Source: Octopus vulgaris (lineage: Eukaryota). From it: a DNA stretch of 64,000 nt. The notes beneath the pieces were generated by a model. It was not told the origin of the DNA. It searched no databases and was given only the letters and a program-made list of their open reading frames with translations. Position 1 is the first letter of the stretch; every line of letters begins with the position of its first letter. The translations under genes and the position numbers were made by a program. Shown piece by piece: positions 1 to 13,270 of the stretch. The stretch spans positions 28,520,001 to 28,584,000 of the forward strand of contig OX597827.1 of assembly GCA_951406725.2 (NCBI GenBank). Direction: 5' to 3'.

Positions 1-39
1 TATATATATATATATATATTATATGCATATAATTATATG

Positions 40-120
<81 letters not shown>
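1..120. repeat. (TA)n microsatellite
   Basis: Near-pure TA run. Confidence 0.95.
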
Positions 121-123
<3 letters not shown>

Positions 124-267
124 TATATTAATATGTATGTATGCATGTATTCATGTATTATATGTTTGTGGATAAATAGATAGATAGATAGACACGTAGA
201 TTTTCGCGCTCATGAAATCACACGTAGATTGAAATACGCATATGAACAGGAAATGAGCAAGACTGGC

Positions 268-1060
268 TCAGAGAGAGAAAGAGAGAGAGAGAGCGAAGAA
301 TGAGAGAGAAGAAAGAGAAAAGTCAGAAAAGGAAGTCAGAGAGAAGCAGAGCATGATAGAGAGAGGAGGCAGAACGTGAGAGAATGTGCGGGAGAGAGTG
401 CTGACTGTGGAGAACGGAGAGTACGAGAGAAGAGAGCCGTTAGAAATAGAAATGTGGAATTATAGGAGATGAGTAGGGTTTTGACAAATTAAAGAGAGAA
501 AGAAAAGGAAGGGGACAGAGGTGGGGTGGGGGTAGAGTTTAGGGACAAAGTGAAGGGCGAGTAGAAAATATGGTAGAGAAGAGGAAGTGCAAATAAAGGG
601 TGATAGGTAAAGAAAACCGAGGGATAAAATAATGTCGTTGGGAGATAAGATGAGGACGAGTGGGAGTGGGAGTTAAGGAGATCGAGAAAGAGAGAAAGAG
701 AGTGCGACGAGAGAGAGAGAGAGAGAGAAAAGGGGAAGCAGAGAGAAAAAGAAAAGACGAACAAATGAAAGAGAGAGGAAGCAAAGAGAGCATGCGAGAG
801 AGAAGAGATAACGAGCGAGCGAGAGAGGGAGAGAGAGAGGGAGAGGAAGAGATACAGAGGGAGAAACGGGGAAAAGGAGAGGGAGAGTTAAAGAGAGAGG
901 GAATATACAGATGGAAAGAGAGAGAGAGAGAGAGAGGAAGCAAAAAGATATAGAGAGAGGGAAGGGAGAGATTGTGAGAGAGGGAAAAAGGTTTGGGAAA
1001 AGACAAACAGAAGATTGATGGAATGAGATAGATGTAAAGATGAAGAAGAGAAAAAGTGAT
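268..1060. repeat. GA-rich (polypurine) low-complexity tract
   Basis: Degenerate (GA)n/(GAGAA); explains ORFs 489-1262. Confidence 0.85.
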
Positions 1061-1267
1061 AGGAATAAGAAGAAATGATGCGTTTAGACGATAAGTTATG
1101 GTTGAGAGGAGAAGATTGAAATGAAAAAAATGAAAATATTTTGGTGAGAGAAAATTTTAAGGATGACGAGAAGTTTTTTTTCAAAGAAAGACGAAATGAT
1201 AGAGGTGGGACGAGGAAATGATAAGGGTTGCAGGGAATATAGAAGGATACAAGGATAGTCACGATAT

Positions 1268-1790
1268 CACGTGATCGAGCAGATTATCGGATGGTGTTAT
1301 ACATCGCTGGTCACGACGTGATTTGCATTGTTTTAGCATTCGAATGATGCCACCCTGCGGGCTAGGAGAGCAGGCCAACATTCTCCACTGATCAGAAGGC
1401 GAGCTGGCAGAAACGTTAGCACGCCGGGCGAAATGCTAAGCGGTATTTCGTCTGCCGTTACATTCTGAGTTCAAATTCCGCCGAGATCGACTTTGCCTTT
1501 CATCCTTTCGGGGTCGATAAATTAAGTACCAGTTACGCACTGGGGTTGATGTAATCGACTTAATCCGTTTGTCTGTCCTTGTTTGTCCCCTCTATGTTTA
1601 GCCTCTTGTGGGCAATAAAGAAATAAGAAGGCTATTGTTTCGCTGTTACTCTTTTTTTCCAGCTGAGTGGACTGGAGTAATGTGAAATGAAATGTCTTGC
1701 TTCAGAACACGACGCAAAGCCCGCTCCAGGAATCGAACTCCTGATCAAGCGATCATCAGTGCACCAGCCTAACTACAAAGGTCACGCATC
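1268..1790 (-). mobile_element. Old tRNA-derived SINE (family C), interrupted by a family B SINE
   Basis: Minus strand reads B-box-like GAGTTCGATTCC near 1730-1741; sequence resumes on both sides of the 1396-1626 insert (agaagg at both junctions). Confidence 0.5.
1396..1626 (+). mobile_element. SINE family B (GGCGAGCTGGCAGAAACGTTAGC... head, AATAAAGAAAT tail)
   Basis: Close match to 60211-60442; B-box-like GAGTTCAAATTCC; 3' tail resembles the Tx1 LINE 3' end. Confidence 0.85.
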
Positions 1791-2112
1791 TTCACATAGG
1801 GACAATAGAAATAGAAGATGAGTATGGAAGAAAGAAGTAAAGTTATGAAGGAGGAGACGTGGAAAGACGAAGGTGACAGCAAATATGGTGGAGAAAAGCG
1901 GAAATGCTAACAGAAAGAAAGGGAAATAGAATGGGCGAAAGAAAAATAATGGAGGAAGAAGAAATATAAGGAGGAGATGATGAAACCATGATGAGGGGAG
2001 GAGTTACGAGGGAAAAAAGTTTAAAACTTGCAAAGTCAGAGACAGTAGATGAACAGAGAATAAATGAAATCATGACAGACATGTATGCATGTGCGTGTGC
2101 GTATATGTATGA

Positions 2113-2152
<40 letters not shown>

Positions 2153-2173
2153 TTATTTGTACGTCTCTCTCTA

Positions 2174-2244
<71 letters not shown>

Positions 2245-2309
2245 CTTTATTAACCACAAGGAGCTATATTCATATTTAAGTGACATGTGTATGTATTGGT
2301 GTGTGTGTC

Positions 2310-2362
<53 letters not shown>

Positions 2363-3027
2363 GCTTATATGATTTCTACATACTGACATTACCTATCCAA
2401 AACGTTTACTGCTAAGCCACACACTGTTGATATACTTTAAATATTACATACATAATCATCTCTCTCTTGACGCTGAAACCTTTTACAGGTAAGATATAAT
2501 ATTTACGCTGCACAACACTGACCTAAATACATATTTTAACTGTTCACCGCATATACCGACATACGCATACTCGCAAACGTCAAAGCACACATACATAATG
2601 CGTTCTGCGCACAATCTGATGACATACATTCTCGCCATCTTTCTCTCTCCATCTTTCTCTTTCTCCCTCTCCCTCCCTATCTCTCACTCATATACGCATA
2701 CAGATGTTCTCATATGTGTTTGTATGCACGTATGGATATATATATATATACATACGCGCGCACATACATACAAGTAGAATTATATTTATGTGACAATATC
2801 TACGCAAGTACTTATTGATTAAAATAGCACAGGTAACTGTTCAAATATATACTAACGAAAATTTACTTGGCTATCTCTCTCGTCACACTTTCGTACTCTC
2901 TCTTATCTTACACTCTCTTTTCCTGTATATCCTTCTCCCTCTCCCTCTTACTTTTACATGTCTATGTATGTATGTATGTATGTATGTATCTATCTATCTA
3001 TCTATCTATCTATCTCAATCTCTCTAA

Positions 3028-3087
3028 CTACCTGTTACCTGTCTTATGTTTATATATATATAAAAACATAAGACAGGTAACAAGTAG
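3028..3087. repeat. Short inverted repeat (24-bp arms) centred on (TA)n
   Basis: ctacctgttacctgtcttatgttt ... aaacataagacaggtaacaagtag. Confidence 0.8.
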
Positions 3088-3131
3088 GTAGATAGATATG
3101 TATATATCAATATGTATAGATATGTATATAT

Positions 3132-3178
<47 letters not shown>

Positions 3179-3317
3179 CATACATACATTCATGCATACA
3201 CACACATATATACACATAAGTACATACATGCATACATACATGCATACATACAAGCACACACACACACACACATATATAAACAAATTCATACATAGATACA
3301 CACAGACACTCACACAG

Positions 3318-3354
<37 letters not shown>

Positions 3355-3577
3355 CACATAAATATATATATATATATATATACATATAAATATATATACA
3401 TACATATATATATATACATATAAATATAAATATATATATAAATATACTTATATATATATAATATATATCTATGTATATATATATATAAAATATTTATATA
3501 TGTATGCTTATATAATATATATACATATATAATTATATAATATATATGCATTTATATGATATATATACATATATAAT

Positions 3578-3627
<50 letters not shown>

Positions 3628-3941
3628 GCACACACACGTCTTTGTGAGTAAATATTTCTGCTAGTATGAATGTTCGACCTCCTGTTGCTGTCTGCTTTTA
3701 TATCTTCGTTTACTCTTTCTCTCCATCACTCTATCAGTTCATATCATCACACATACTTTACAAGCGAAGACGTATATATATATGGAGAGAGAGAGGGAGA
3801 GAAGGGTATGACTGTATAATATATATATATATACATAAGTGGGTGTATATAATATATACATATATATGTGTACTTATATGTGAGTGCATTTATATATAGT
3901 GAGAGAGAGAGAGAGAAAGGTCGATAGATAGGTAGATAGGT

Positions 3942-3983
<42 letters not shown>

Positions 3984-4238
3984 GGCGGCGAGCTGGCAGA
4001 TATGAAGGGATATAACAAATATCCTGGAAACAGCTGTAAGACCTATCTATAAATGTTCTAAAATCTACACAACTTTGGTTCTTTACCTTATTACGAAAAA
4101 ATTTGTTTATATACACACGCTGACATATGACCAACGTTGAACCCCTTATTCGCATAATCACTGAACCTGGAATTTAACTCTCAATGACACCATTACCTCT
4201 CATAACCTCCTATATATATATATATATATATATATGAT

Positions 4239-4445
4239 TCAAAATGTGACCGCGTGTGTACCGTTGGCGATTTTTTTCCCTCTGTCTTCCCTTCTCTGGA
4301 TCTTTCTCCTATGTTTCCGGCAAAGAGCTCTGCTCGAAACGTTAAACCCTCCTTCTTTCCTTCTTTCCTGAGTGTCCAATAATACTATATTTGTTCCACG
4401 TCCTCGCGTTGTTGTGTTTTTTGTGCTTTCATGTTTGGATTAACT
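4239..4445 (+). mobile_element. ~200-bp non-autonomous element with degenerate minimal hammerhead (PLE pseudo-LTR-like), in (TA)n
   Basis: Matches 27866-28041(-), 33101-33303 and 40540-40717; consensus GTTT-CYGACGA-A-GAGCTCCGCTC-GAAAC-GTY-AAAC. Confidence 0.75.
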
Positions 4446-4479
4446 ATATATATATATATATATATATGCTTTCATAGCG

Positions 4480-4960
4480 AGAGTGCTGGTCACCATACGT
4501 TTCCAATTCTTTCTTAATTGTGACCTTCTTTCCATTTTGCCCCTTGTCTTCTTACCCAAATCATCCCTCTTTCGTCACGAAGGTCTTTTGAGTGGCCTTT
4601 TCCGATTTATTATTCACCTCTTAACAACTGCGCAGGTTACATCTGTTCTCTGTGAATCTTGCGATGTGTTATGCTCAGCAGAACTTGCGCTTTCTGTATT
4701 CTACGTTCTCGTCGTTCACATTGCTCTGATCTCGAATTGCTTCTTTTGGGGTATATTCCTGAAATGACATAGCTGACATCGATCGTTTTATGGCCCTTTG
4801 CGCTTTTGTCAATCGATATCCTTCCCTCCTCGTAGAAACTCATGTCTGACTTGCTTATAGAATTGTAGCTATGGTGGTGACATTGAAGAGACTGGCACGT
4901 GTTGTCTTGTCCGACTGTGCCTTCAGCATATCTTTTAAAATAATAAACATCTTCCATCAT
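4480..4960 (-). pseudogene. Degraded RTE-clade LINE ORF C-terminal fragment
   Basis: Frameshifted minus translation HIARFTENR..TCAVV..RKRPLKRPS*RKRDDLG..RKNWKRMV resembles RTE W.GH..R..D.R...KRP.GRP..RW.D. Confidence 0.5.
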
Positions 4961-5167
4961 GCCTTTATTTTCCTCGAGAAATCAGCGTCAATGCCTTCGC
5001 GTGTAAGTACTGTGTACCCTAAGTAGACATACTTTTTATTAGTTCCTAACTATTTATATATGACTAAGGCGAAGAAGCCGAAACTTCAAAGTTGCTGCCA
5101 AATATATCTACGAGTTAGTACTTACTCTCGTAAGTAGTATTGGGTTTAATGTTAAATTGTTTGCATA

Positions 5168-5590
5168 TAGGCGTAGGAGTGGCTGTGTGGTAAGTAAATT
5201 GCTTACGAACCACATGGTTCCAGGTTCAGTCACACTGCTTAGCACCTTGGAGAAGTGTCTTCTACTATAGCCTCGGACTGACCAAAGCCTTGTGAGTGGA
5301 TTTGGTGGACGGATACTGAAAGAAGCCCGTCGTATATATGCATATATATATATATGTATGTATGTGTGTGTGTATATGTTTGTGTGTCTGTGTTTGTCCC
5401 TCCAACATCGCTTGTCAGCCGATGCTGGTGCGTTTACGTCCCCGTAACTTAGCAGTTCGGAAAAAGAGACCGATAGAATAAGTACTAGGCTTACAAAGAA
5501 TACGTCCTGGGGTCGATTTGCTCGACTAAAAGCGGTGGTCCAGTATGGCCACAGTCAAATGGCTGAAACAAGTAAAAGAGTAAAAGAGTA
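5168..5590 (+). mobile_element. tRNA-derived SINE family A
   Basis: A-box-like TGGCTGTGTGG, B-box-like GGTTCAGTC; internal TA/TG tract; (GTAAAAGA) tail; several copies in window. Confidence 0.9.
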
Positions 5591-5616
5591 TATAACTTGA
5601 CATAAAGACAAACTCT

Positions 5617-5652
<36 letters not shown>

Positions 5653-6714
5653 TATGGCAAATGAAAGACGGAAGATGCAATACATATATAAATATATATG
5701 TATCCTTCTCCTCTCACACACACGCACACACATATGAGAAGAAGGGAAGATAAAGATGAAAGTGAAAAAAGAGAGAGTAGGAAGAGTGAAAGAGAGACAG
5801 AGAGACAGAGATACAGACTGTCTGACAGAGAGGAAGGATTGAGTTTAAAAAGAGAAGGATTGATTTTGGAAAAGTAATGTCGTTATTTCGATAAAAACTG
5901 GTCTTTAGCAAAATGAGAAAGTTAAGGGTCATAGATAGGGCAGATAACTAAAATTAAAGTTTATGTCGTTAAGAATTTCTACTTTTAAGAACGTGCATTT
6001 AAATTTCGAGAGCGTAAGGCAAATTAAGTCTACTTTTGCCCATAAGTAATCTATTTGCGTTCAGCCTTTATCTAAATATAGAATTTAACAGCCATATTTG
6101 CAAATATTACTCCTCCTTTTCCAAACACACTCCGTTCATTCTCTCTTCTTTTATTTTCTTTCTTCTCTACTGTTCCATATGCAAATGAGCATTTATCTGA
6201 TAAATTTCTTCCCTAATGTTCTTAATATTGGAGAAATAAAATAAATTTATAAACTCTGTATATATATATTCAATAGAGTGTGTATATGGTGCCTAAATAC
6301 GTATGGGTGTGTTAGATTTTTGTGTGAGTAGATGAATTTATAAAATGTGTTTTATTTAACAATAAATATATTGTATAATTCTTTTATTTGCTTCAGGTAT
6401 TTGAATGCGGCCATGATGGAGCACTGTGTTGAAGTTGAGACTGAGTTGAGACTGAGTCTCAAAGTCATGGTCGTCACTACAGAGCCTACGTAGACGGAGG
6501 AATTGGGAATAGATTGGAATGTTTGGAGATGATGTACAGGTATTTTATATTAGATGAAATGAGGTTCCATTTGAAAACCCCACTAGAATGGGAGAATGTG
6601 CTAATACATGATCTAAGTTATATGATGTATAAAAACATGAAATATACTAATAAATATCTGTAAATATAAAACCATCCGAATTTCTGAGTACCTCATTTCT
6701 TCTAATATATACGG

Positions 6715-6890
6715 ATTTTTTTCCTCTCCTTGTTTCTCTCCTTGTTTTTTTCTGTGTATCTTTCTGTCGAAGAGCGTTGGCTCGAAACGTAAAAGACATT
6801 TTCTATTCCTGAGAGCTATACTAATACATTTGTTTGTTTGTACTCTACCTGCCTCCGTCTTTTGTTTATTTTCGTAAACTTTCCCTTTAT
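6715..6890 (+). mobile_element. Related minimal-hammerhead element (pseudo-LTR-like)
   Basis: tcttt-CTGTCGA-a-gagcgttggctc-GAAAC-GTA-aaaga at 6759-6796; degraded relative at ~9495-9610. Confidence 0.6.
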
Positions 6891-6955
6891 ATATTGTGGT
6901 CTTGAGATTTCTACTGCTCTTTCTAGCACAACGCTTTCCTATTAGGAAGCCTCTT

Positions 6956-7048
<93 letters not shown>

Positions 7049-7119
7049 TGGAAGGTTTGGAGATGATGTACAGATATTTTACATTGGAAGAAATGAGGTT
7101 CCATTTGTTATATATATAT

Positions 7120-7875
7120 ATTACTCAACATTTAGGGATAGAAATAAACGGATTAGTACCGGTCTCAGCAAACTGATTTGGGATTTAAAAGACCACAATG
7201 AGCAATTTCATTTAGAATGGTTGATTCTCTCAATTTCGATACCATATGACAAAGGCAAGAAATTCTGTCTTCTCTGCAATTCTGAGCTATTTTTCATTAT
7301 TTTTTCTAAAAATACTCTAGTAAACACAGTTATAGAGCGAGCATACAGATGTAAGCATTGGCAAAAACATACATTTAGTGCATATAAGTAGTCTCTATCA
7401 TTATATATAATTTAAACTTTAATTTCCTTTATATTTAACATTCACTATTAATATCCCTACTCTTTCTGTTAGCTACTTATGACGTTATATCATATAACGT
7501 TTTTTTAAAACAATATTAATAGAGTTCTGTCTATCGCTATACAAATCCATCATTTTTTGCTAAAATGTCTTATTGACGAGTTTCGTTTTTTTCACTTTCC
7601 TGAGGAGAAGATTGCATTGTTTATTCCATTTATTCTTTGAATAGTATCAGTGGAATTTTCGAAACATGTGTCGAAAGTAAAAATATTTGATTACACCTGC
7701 GTTAACTCAATTTTTTTATCCATATTATTCAAAATATTCAACGTAAACACGAAGTTTCTACCTTTATAAACAAGGAGTTACAACACCTTTACTTGTGAGA
7801 TTTTTGCTGCCCTGGTAACTATTTATTTATTTTTCCGTGTTAATTGTTAACATGGTAAAAATACACTTATCTATT
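7120..7875 (+). mobile_element. 3' fragment of Naiad-type Penelope-like element (GIY-YIG C-terminus plus 3' UTR)
   Basis: STFRDRNKRISTGLSKLIWDLKD..LEW.ILS..PYDKGKKFCLLCNSELF..RCKHW aligns with the C-terminus of ORF 45516-47393; downstream hammerhead. Confidence 0.85.
7594..7678 (+). ncRNA. Type I hammerhead ribozyme
   Basis: Stem I actttc/gaaagt; core CTGAGGA; stem II gaagatt/aattttc; GAAAC-atgt-GTC cleavage triplet. Confidence 0.8.
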
Positions 7876-7945
7876 CATATATATATATAACAAATGGAAC
7901 CTCATTTCTTCCAATATAAAATACCTGTACATCATCTCCAAACCT

Positions 7946-8002
<57 letters not shown>

Positions 8003-8004
<2 letters not shown>

Positions 8005-8440
8005 CAATAAGAGGCTTCCAAATAGGAAAGTGTTGTGCTAGAAAGAGCAGTAGGAATCTCAAGACCACAAAAAGGATAAATTCACGAAGGGAATGAAAAT
8101 TAAAAACGTTTACCATCTCAACTATTTCCCAGATCGACGGTTTCTAACTATTTCCAGCAAAAAAGTATTTGCTGAAGGCCAGTTTCCTGGTAATTTATTA
8201 TTAGCCTATTTTTTAAATATTGTTTGATAAATTTGTTCGAAATTTTTACCGGCATCCTCTCTGTCGCCGGGTATAATCGTGTTTGCTGGAAATAGTTAGA
8301 AACCGTCGGTCTGGGAAATAGTTGAGATGGTAAACGTTTTTAATTTTCATTCCTTTCGTGAATTTATCCTTTTTGTGGTCTTGAGATTTCTACTGCTCTT
8401 TCTAGCACAACACTTTCCTATTTGGAAGCCTCTTATTGTA
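8003..8440. repeat. Inverted repeat, ~159-bp arms (8003-8161 / 8282-8440), in (TA)n
   Basis: Arms are reverse complements with few mismatches; a further partial copy lies at 6895-6961. Confidence 0.9.
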
Positions 8441-8538
8441 ATTATATATGAATAATATATAGTCTAATGACTAATTCGTTTTTTGTGCTAGGCCACTGGT
8501 AATAATAATTTATTATTACCCTATTTTATTATGTTTAA

Positions 8539-8571
<33 letters not shown>

Positions 8572-8574
8572 ACA

Positions 8575-8763
8575 CGTGGGAGAAAAGACAGGAGGATCCG
8601 TTAATTATTATTTTATTCAACATATAACCTCTTTGAGATTCACACACATATCGCAACGGTCCTGCAATTTTACTATCCTCAGTTGAATGAACTTGGAAGG
8701 TTGGGGCGTCAGCCGGATCTTTCGCGATACCCTTAAAGCCAGGAACATTTCAGTACCCACTCT
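8575..8763 (-). mobile_element. Mariner-like non-autonomous fragment (terminal region)
   Basis: Reverse strand begins gagtgggtactgaaatgttcctggc, similar to mariner TIRs. Confidence 0.4.
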
Positions 8764-8799
8764 TGTGTGTGTATGTGTGTGTGTGTGTCTGTCTGTGTG

Positions 8800-9140
8800 T
8801 ACAGGGTGCGGTAAATAAATTGTCTAAATTACGCAAAAAGGAAAATAACACTGGCATCTCATTTTAACAGATAAATTTACCAAAATTCCATAAAAATATA
8901 TTGAAATACTAAAGTGTAAGTTTATTCAAGAACATCGCCAATGGTTTCAACCGCGACCTCCAAACGACTTTGGAATCTCCTGCAACTCTTCTGAACATGA
9001 ACAGTCTTCTTGTTTAAGTTGGTGAATGCTGCCATAATCCTTGCCTTCAGATCATCTTTGATGTTACCAGGAATTTTGTTGGTCTCTCGCTCAACTGCGC
9101 CCTATACATAATAATGAATGGGGTTTCAGGCAGGGAAGTA
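8800..9140 (-). mobile_element. Tc1/mariner-superfamily transposase 3' end with TIR
   Basis: TIR-like tacagggtg at 8800; minus translation YYV.GAVERETNKIPGNIKDDLKARIMAAFTNLNKK..VQKSCRRFQSRLEVAVETIGDVLE*. Confidence 0.75.
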
Positions 9141-9159
9141 AGGCGATCAGATGTTAGAG

Positions 9160-9450
9160 GTGGTGTGGTCGCACAGCATAGTGGTTGGGGTGTTGCTCTC
9201 CCGACTACGAGATCGTGTGTTCGATTCCCATACCGAGCGTTGCATTATATTCTTGAACAAAGCATTTCGTTTCACGTTGCTCTGAGATCCTTTCGTCATC
9301 TAACATGTTGCTCACGGTGCTCCTGTACATGTAATGTCGATTTGAAGGATGGAGTGAGCATGTCTTCACAAACATTTGATCACTATAAACAAACCATCTG
9401 TGTGGATATTCAGTAAATAATTATCGAACCCTCATGTCCTCTAACGTCAG
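9160..9450 (+). mobile_element. Diverged tRNA-derived SINE
   Basis: tRNA-like head with GTTCGATTCCC; cttgaacaaagcattt core; ends in (CAT)n. Confidence 0.55.
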
Positions 9451-9627
9451 AAGAGTCCATCATCATCATCATCATCATTATTATTATATATTCTGTTGAA
9501 GAACCTAGGCTCGTAACGTAAAATATTTTCTCACCTTCTTGAGTGTTAAACTAATACACCTGTTTATTGTTTATATCAGTCTTCATTTTTTATTTTTCAG
9601 TAAAGTTCAACTACATATATATATATG

Positions 9628-9686
<59 letters not shown>

Positions 9687-9693
9687 ATATATA

Positions 9694-9752
<59 letters not shown>

Positions 9753-10098
9753 TTATATATACAGGCACACACACACACATACACACACGTGAGAGGCTCA
9801 CACACAACACTCTAGTCAATTTTCTCACAAGCCCACAATCCATTGGTGAGGACAGGGCTTTAGCACAGGGTAATTGCCGCAGAGACCGCATGCTCCCGTC
9901 AAGCATCCTTCTCGAAACCCTCGATGGTCTTCCCTGAATAAATATAACAATATTTTCTTTTATATACTTGTATTCTACTTTTTTGGTGCGACCCCCACCT
10001 CAAAATATCCTCGTTTGGGATCTGGCTCGGATATTAAAATAGTTGAGAACTACTACTATACAGTGCAGCAGCGATTCTATCTACGTCTCTCTATTCAT

Positions 10099-10148
10099 CG
10101 GAAATCTTGAGAAGACTACCATGGTATCTTAAAGCACTGGAAACATTC

Positions 10149-10218
<70 letters not shown>

Positions 10219-10261
10219 TCCAGTGCTTTAAGCTACCATGGTAGTCTTCTCACGATTTCCG
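10099..10261. repeat. Inverted repeat (~48-bp arms) around a (TA)n core
   Basis: cggaaatcttgagaagactaccatggta..gcactggaaacat / atgtttccagtgc..taccatggtagtcttctcacgatttccg. Confidence 0.85.
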
Positions 10262-10395
10262 TTTTACATTTTGCCGTCAGCTGTTTTTTTTCTTGAGAAC
10301 ACACTCTTTGTAGTAAGGCAATTTGACGTCTATTTCTAGTGCATAGGGATCCACTTTAGTGGTTATTGCTCTTATTAATTGTAATACATACATAT

Positions 10396-10475
<80 letters not shown>

Positions 10476-10504
10476 GCGAGAATGAAGCAACAAGAATGGA
10501 TAGG

Positions 10505-10595
10505 TTTTAGTACAATCGTTTCATACAAGGACAGGTTTTATTAAAAGTTGCAAAAATTACAGCATATAAACGTGTCCCGTACTCATCAGCTAAAA
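10505..10595 (-). ncRNA. Type I hammerhead ribozyme (inverted copy)
   Basis: Reverse complement of 11169-11259. Confidence 0.8.
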
Positions 10596-11168
10596 TACAT
10601 GTGAGTTCTCTAGACATCTTAGTGGTTGAGGCTATACTCATGAAGTAATGTAGATAATTAAGTAACATAAACAGATTTCAAAAGTTCATTAAAGTTCTTT
10701 AAAGATGATGTACAGTCTTATCACAGAATTTTTAAAAAGTCCTAATAGCATCACAGAGAAGGTGACCCAATCCATAGTGCACATATGAATTTCCAGAGAT
10801 ATGATGAGGGATTACATACTCACAGAAGGCAAATTTATCCATTGTTAATTACAACGAGGTGGGTTTCAATTCCTGCTTATTAGCATTACAGAGAGGGTGA
10901 ATTAATCCTTTTAAAGGATAAATGGATAAATTTGCCTTCTGTGAGTATGTAATCCCTCATCATATCTCTGGAAATTCATATGTGCACTATGGATTGGGTC
11001 ACCTTCTCTGTGATGCTATTAGGACTTTTTTAAAATTCTGTGATAAGACTGTACATCATCTTTAAAGAACTTTAATGAACTTTTGAAATCTGTTTATGTT
11101 ACTTAATTATCTACATTACTTCATGAGTATAGCCTCAACCACTAGGATGTCTAGAGAACTCACATGTA

Positions 11169-11259
11169 TTTTAGCTGATGAGTACGGGACACGTTTATAT
11201 GCTGTAATTTTTGCAACTTTTAATAAAACCTGTCCTTGTATGAAACGATTGTACTAAAA
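11169..11259 (+). ncRNA. Type I hammerhead ribozyme
   Basis: ttttag-CTGATGA-gtacgggaca...tgtccttgtat-GAAAC-gatt-GTA-ctaaaa. Confidence 0.85.
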
Positions 11260-12033
11260 ACCTATCCATTCTTGTTGCTTCATTCTCGCTTATAATCACC
11301 CCACATTACTGTATTGTTAAATCAGTATGGTTTTTTTTGGTGCATCTAAGTTAGGTACCATATTCAAGTAAATTCATTTAAATTAACTTGAATCTTTATT
11401 GCTTTTTGTATATATATATATATATATATATATATACCAAGGTAATGACATAGATGTGAAACAAGGTGGGATAAAATGGTACTCGAATACCAGAGGTAGA
11501 GTAATATGCTTTATTTTCATTAAAGCTGCAAAAACATCACAAAAATATCACAAAATGTGTGTTCCCGTTTGTCGGAGAGTTTAAATTGAGACAGTTTAAA
11601 TTTTTAATATAACATATACTCGTAGATTAATTTGATAGTAACTTCGAAGTTACTGGAGGTAGCTGTTTGTTTTACGCAAGGGCTTACCTATTAAAACAGA
11701 CAACATCAAATTCTACATGTGTTGTACAAGCTGTAATAAAGAACAGCCGCATCGTTTTCCAACTGAATAACTTGTAACTATATACACCTGCAAAAATGCG
11801 GTTTGCACCATTAGAGTTGAACATAAGCTAAAAAACAACACGTGCTCGAAACACTGGATGATTTATTCCTCGATATACGATGTCAGCAGCAGATCGGTGT
11901 GTCATGGCTAGAATATATTTCATCACAGACAGATCTGCTGGATCAGAACTGAGCTAGGGTTAAGGTACAATCTCTTGGACAACATCGTCTCAGATAGTTA
12001 CGAGAAACGCACACACTGTTATATATATAGTAA

Positions 12034-12106
<73 letters not shown>

Positions 12107-12553
12107 TAGATACATAGATATGTATTATCTATGCATATATATATAGATGTGTGTATATATGTATATATACATACACATATACGTATTTTTAAATACTCAT
12201 ATACAAAGTTTACACATCCATGCGCGCACACGCAAGTATATGTATATATATATATGTGTGTGTGTGTGTATTATATTTAAACACGCACATACATTCGCAA
12301 AAGAAGAAAAGAAGGCAACCATCGTCCAATTGAAAATATAATTTTGAACATCTCTTTGTTATGTGAATTCCCATTAATATTCAATTTAAACTTCAGCAAA
12401 ATGTAAATTTTTAGAAGGAAAAAATGGTTGAAATATTTAAATATAGAGATTCGTTCTGTAATAAAACGTTTGCATCAACAATTGAATAAATTTATCTGTG
12501 GATCTATAAATGGTTCTGTGTGTAGCTCGCTCACTCCATAACTCCTCTCTCTC

Positions 12554-12652
<99 letters not shown>

Positions 12653-12886
12653 TTTATGTCTAAGTACATATAAAGACAAACAAAATGTAACTAAAGTAGC
12701 ACTGACTACATTAAACTTGTTGTATTGTATTTATTTTAACCCAATGAATACTTGACTAACTGTAACTTCGAAGTTTTGCCCATCATCATCGTCTTGGGAT
12801 AGTAAATGGCATAACTAATTCTTTACTTGTAACTTGCATATACATACATTCTACGTCCATTCATACACACACATATATTTTACATA

Positions 12887-13270
12887 CAGGCGTAGGAGTG
12901 GCTATGTGGTAAGTAGCTTGCTTACGAACAACATGGTTCCGAGTTCAGTCCCACTGCGTGGCACCTTGGGCAAGTGTCTTCTACTATAGCCTCGGGCCGA
13001 CCAAATCCTTGTGAGTGAATTTGGTAGACGGAAACTGAAAGAAGCCCGTCGTATGTTGTGTATATATATATATATATCTGTGTATGTGTGTGTGCGTGTG
13101 TGTGTATATTTGTGTGTCTGTGTTTGTCCCTCCCCCTAACATAGTTTGACAACCAATGCTGGTGTATTTATGTCCCCGTAAGTTAGCGGTTCGACATAAG
13201 AGACCGATAGAATAAGTACTAGGCTTACAAAGAATAAGTCCTGGGGTCGATTTGATCGACTAAAGGTGCT
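12887..13270 (+). mobile_element. tRNA-derived SINE family A (3' end lost at junction with PLE)
   Basis: High similarity to 5168-5590. Confidence 0.9.

Larger units (their letters stand above)
10476..11410. mobile_element. Head-to-head inverted hammerhead element (~368-bp arms, 10476-10843 / 10921-11289) in (TA)n
   Basis: Near-identical reverse-complement arms, each with a hammerhead; right copy extends to 11410. Confidence 0.9.

Noticed and set aside
489-2082. Arg/Glu- and Ser/Leu-rich ORFs
   Set aside because: GA-rich low-complexity sequence
5055-5095. Possible hammerhead remnant (ggcgaagaagcc-GAAAC); similar hints at ~11560 and ~37995
   Set aside because: Core or stem I is missing, so it cannot be supported
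5168-5250. tRNA gene-like heads (also 12887, 37173, 9160, 59685)
   Set aside because: They are SINE heads fused to repeated bodies and tails, with no intact cloverleaf
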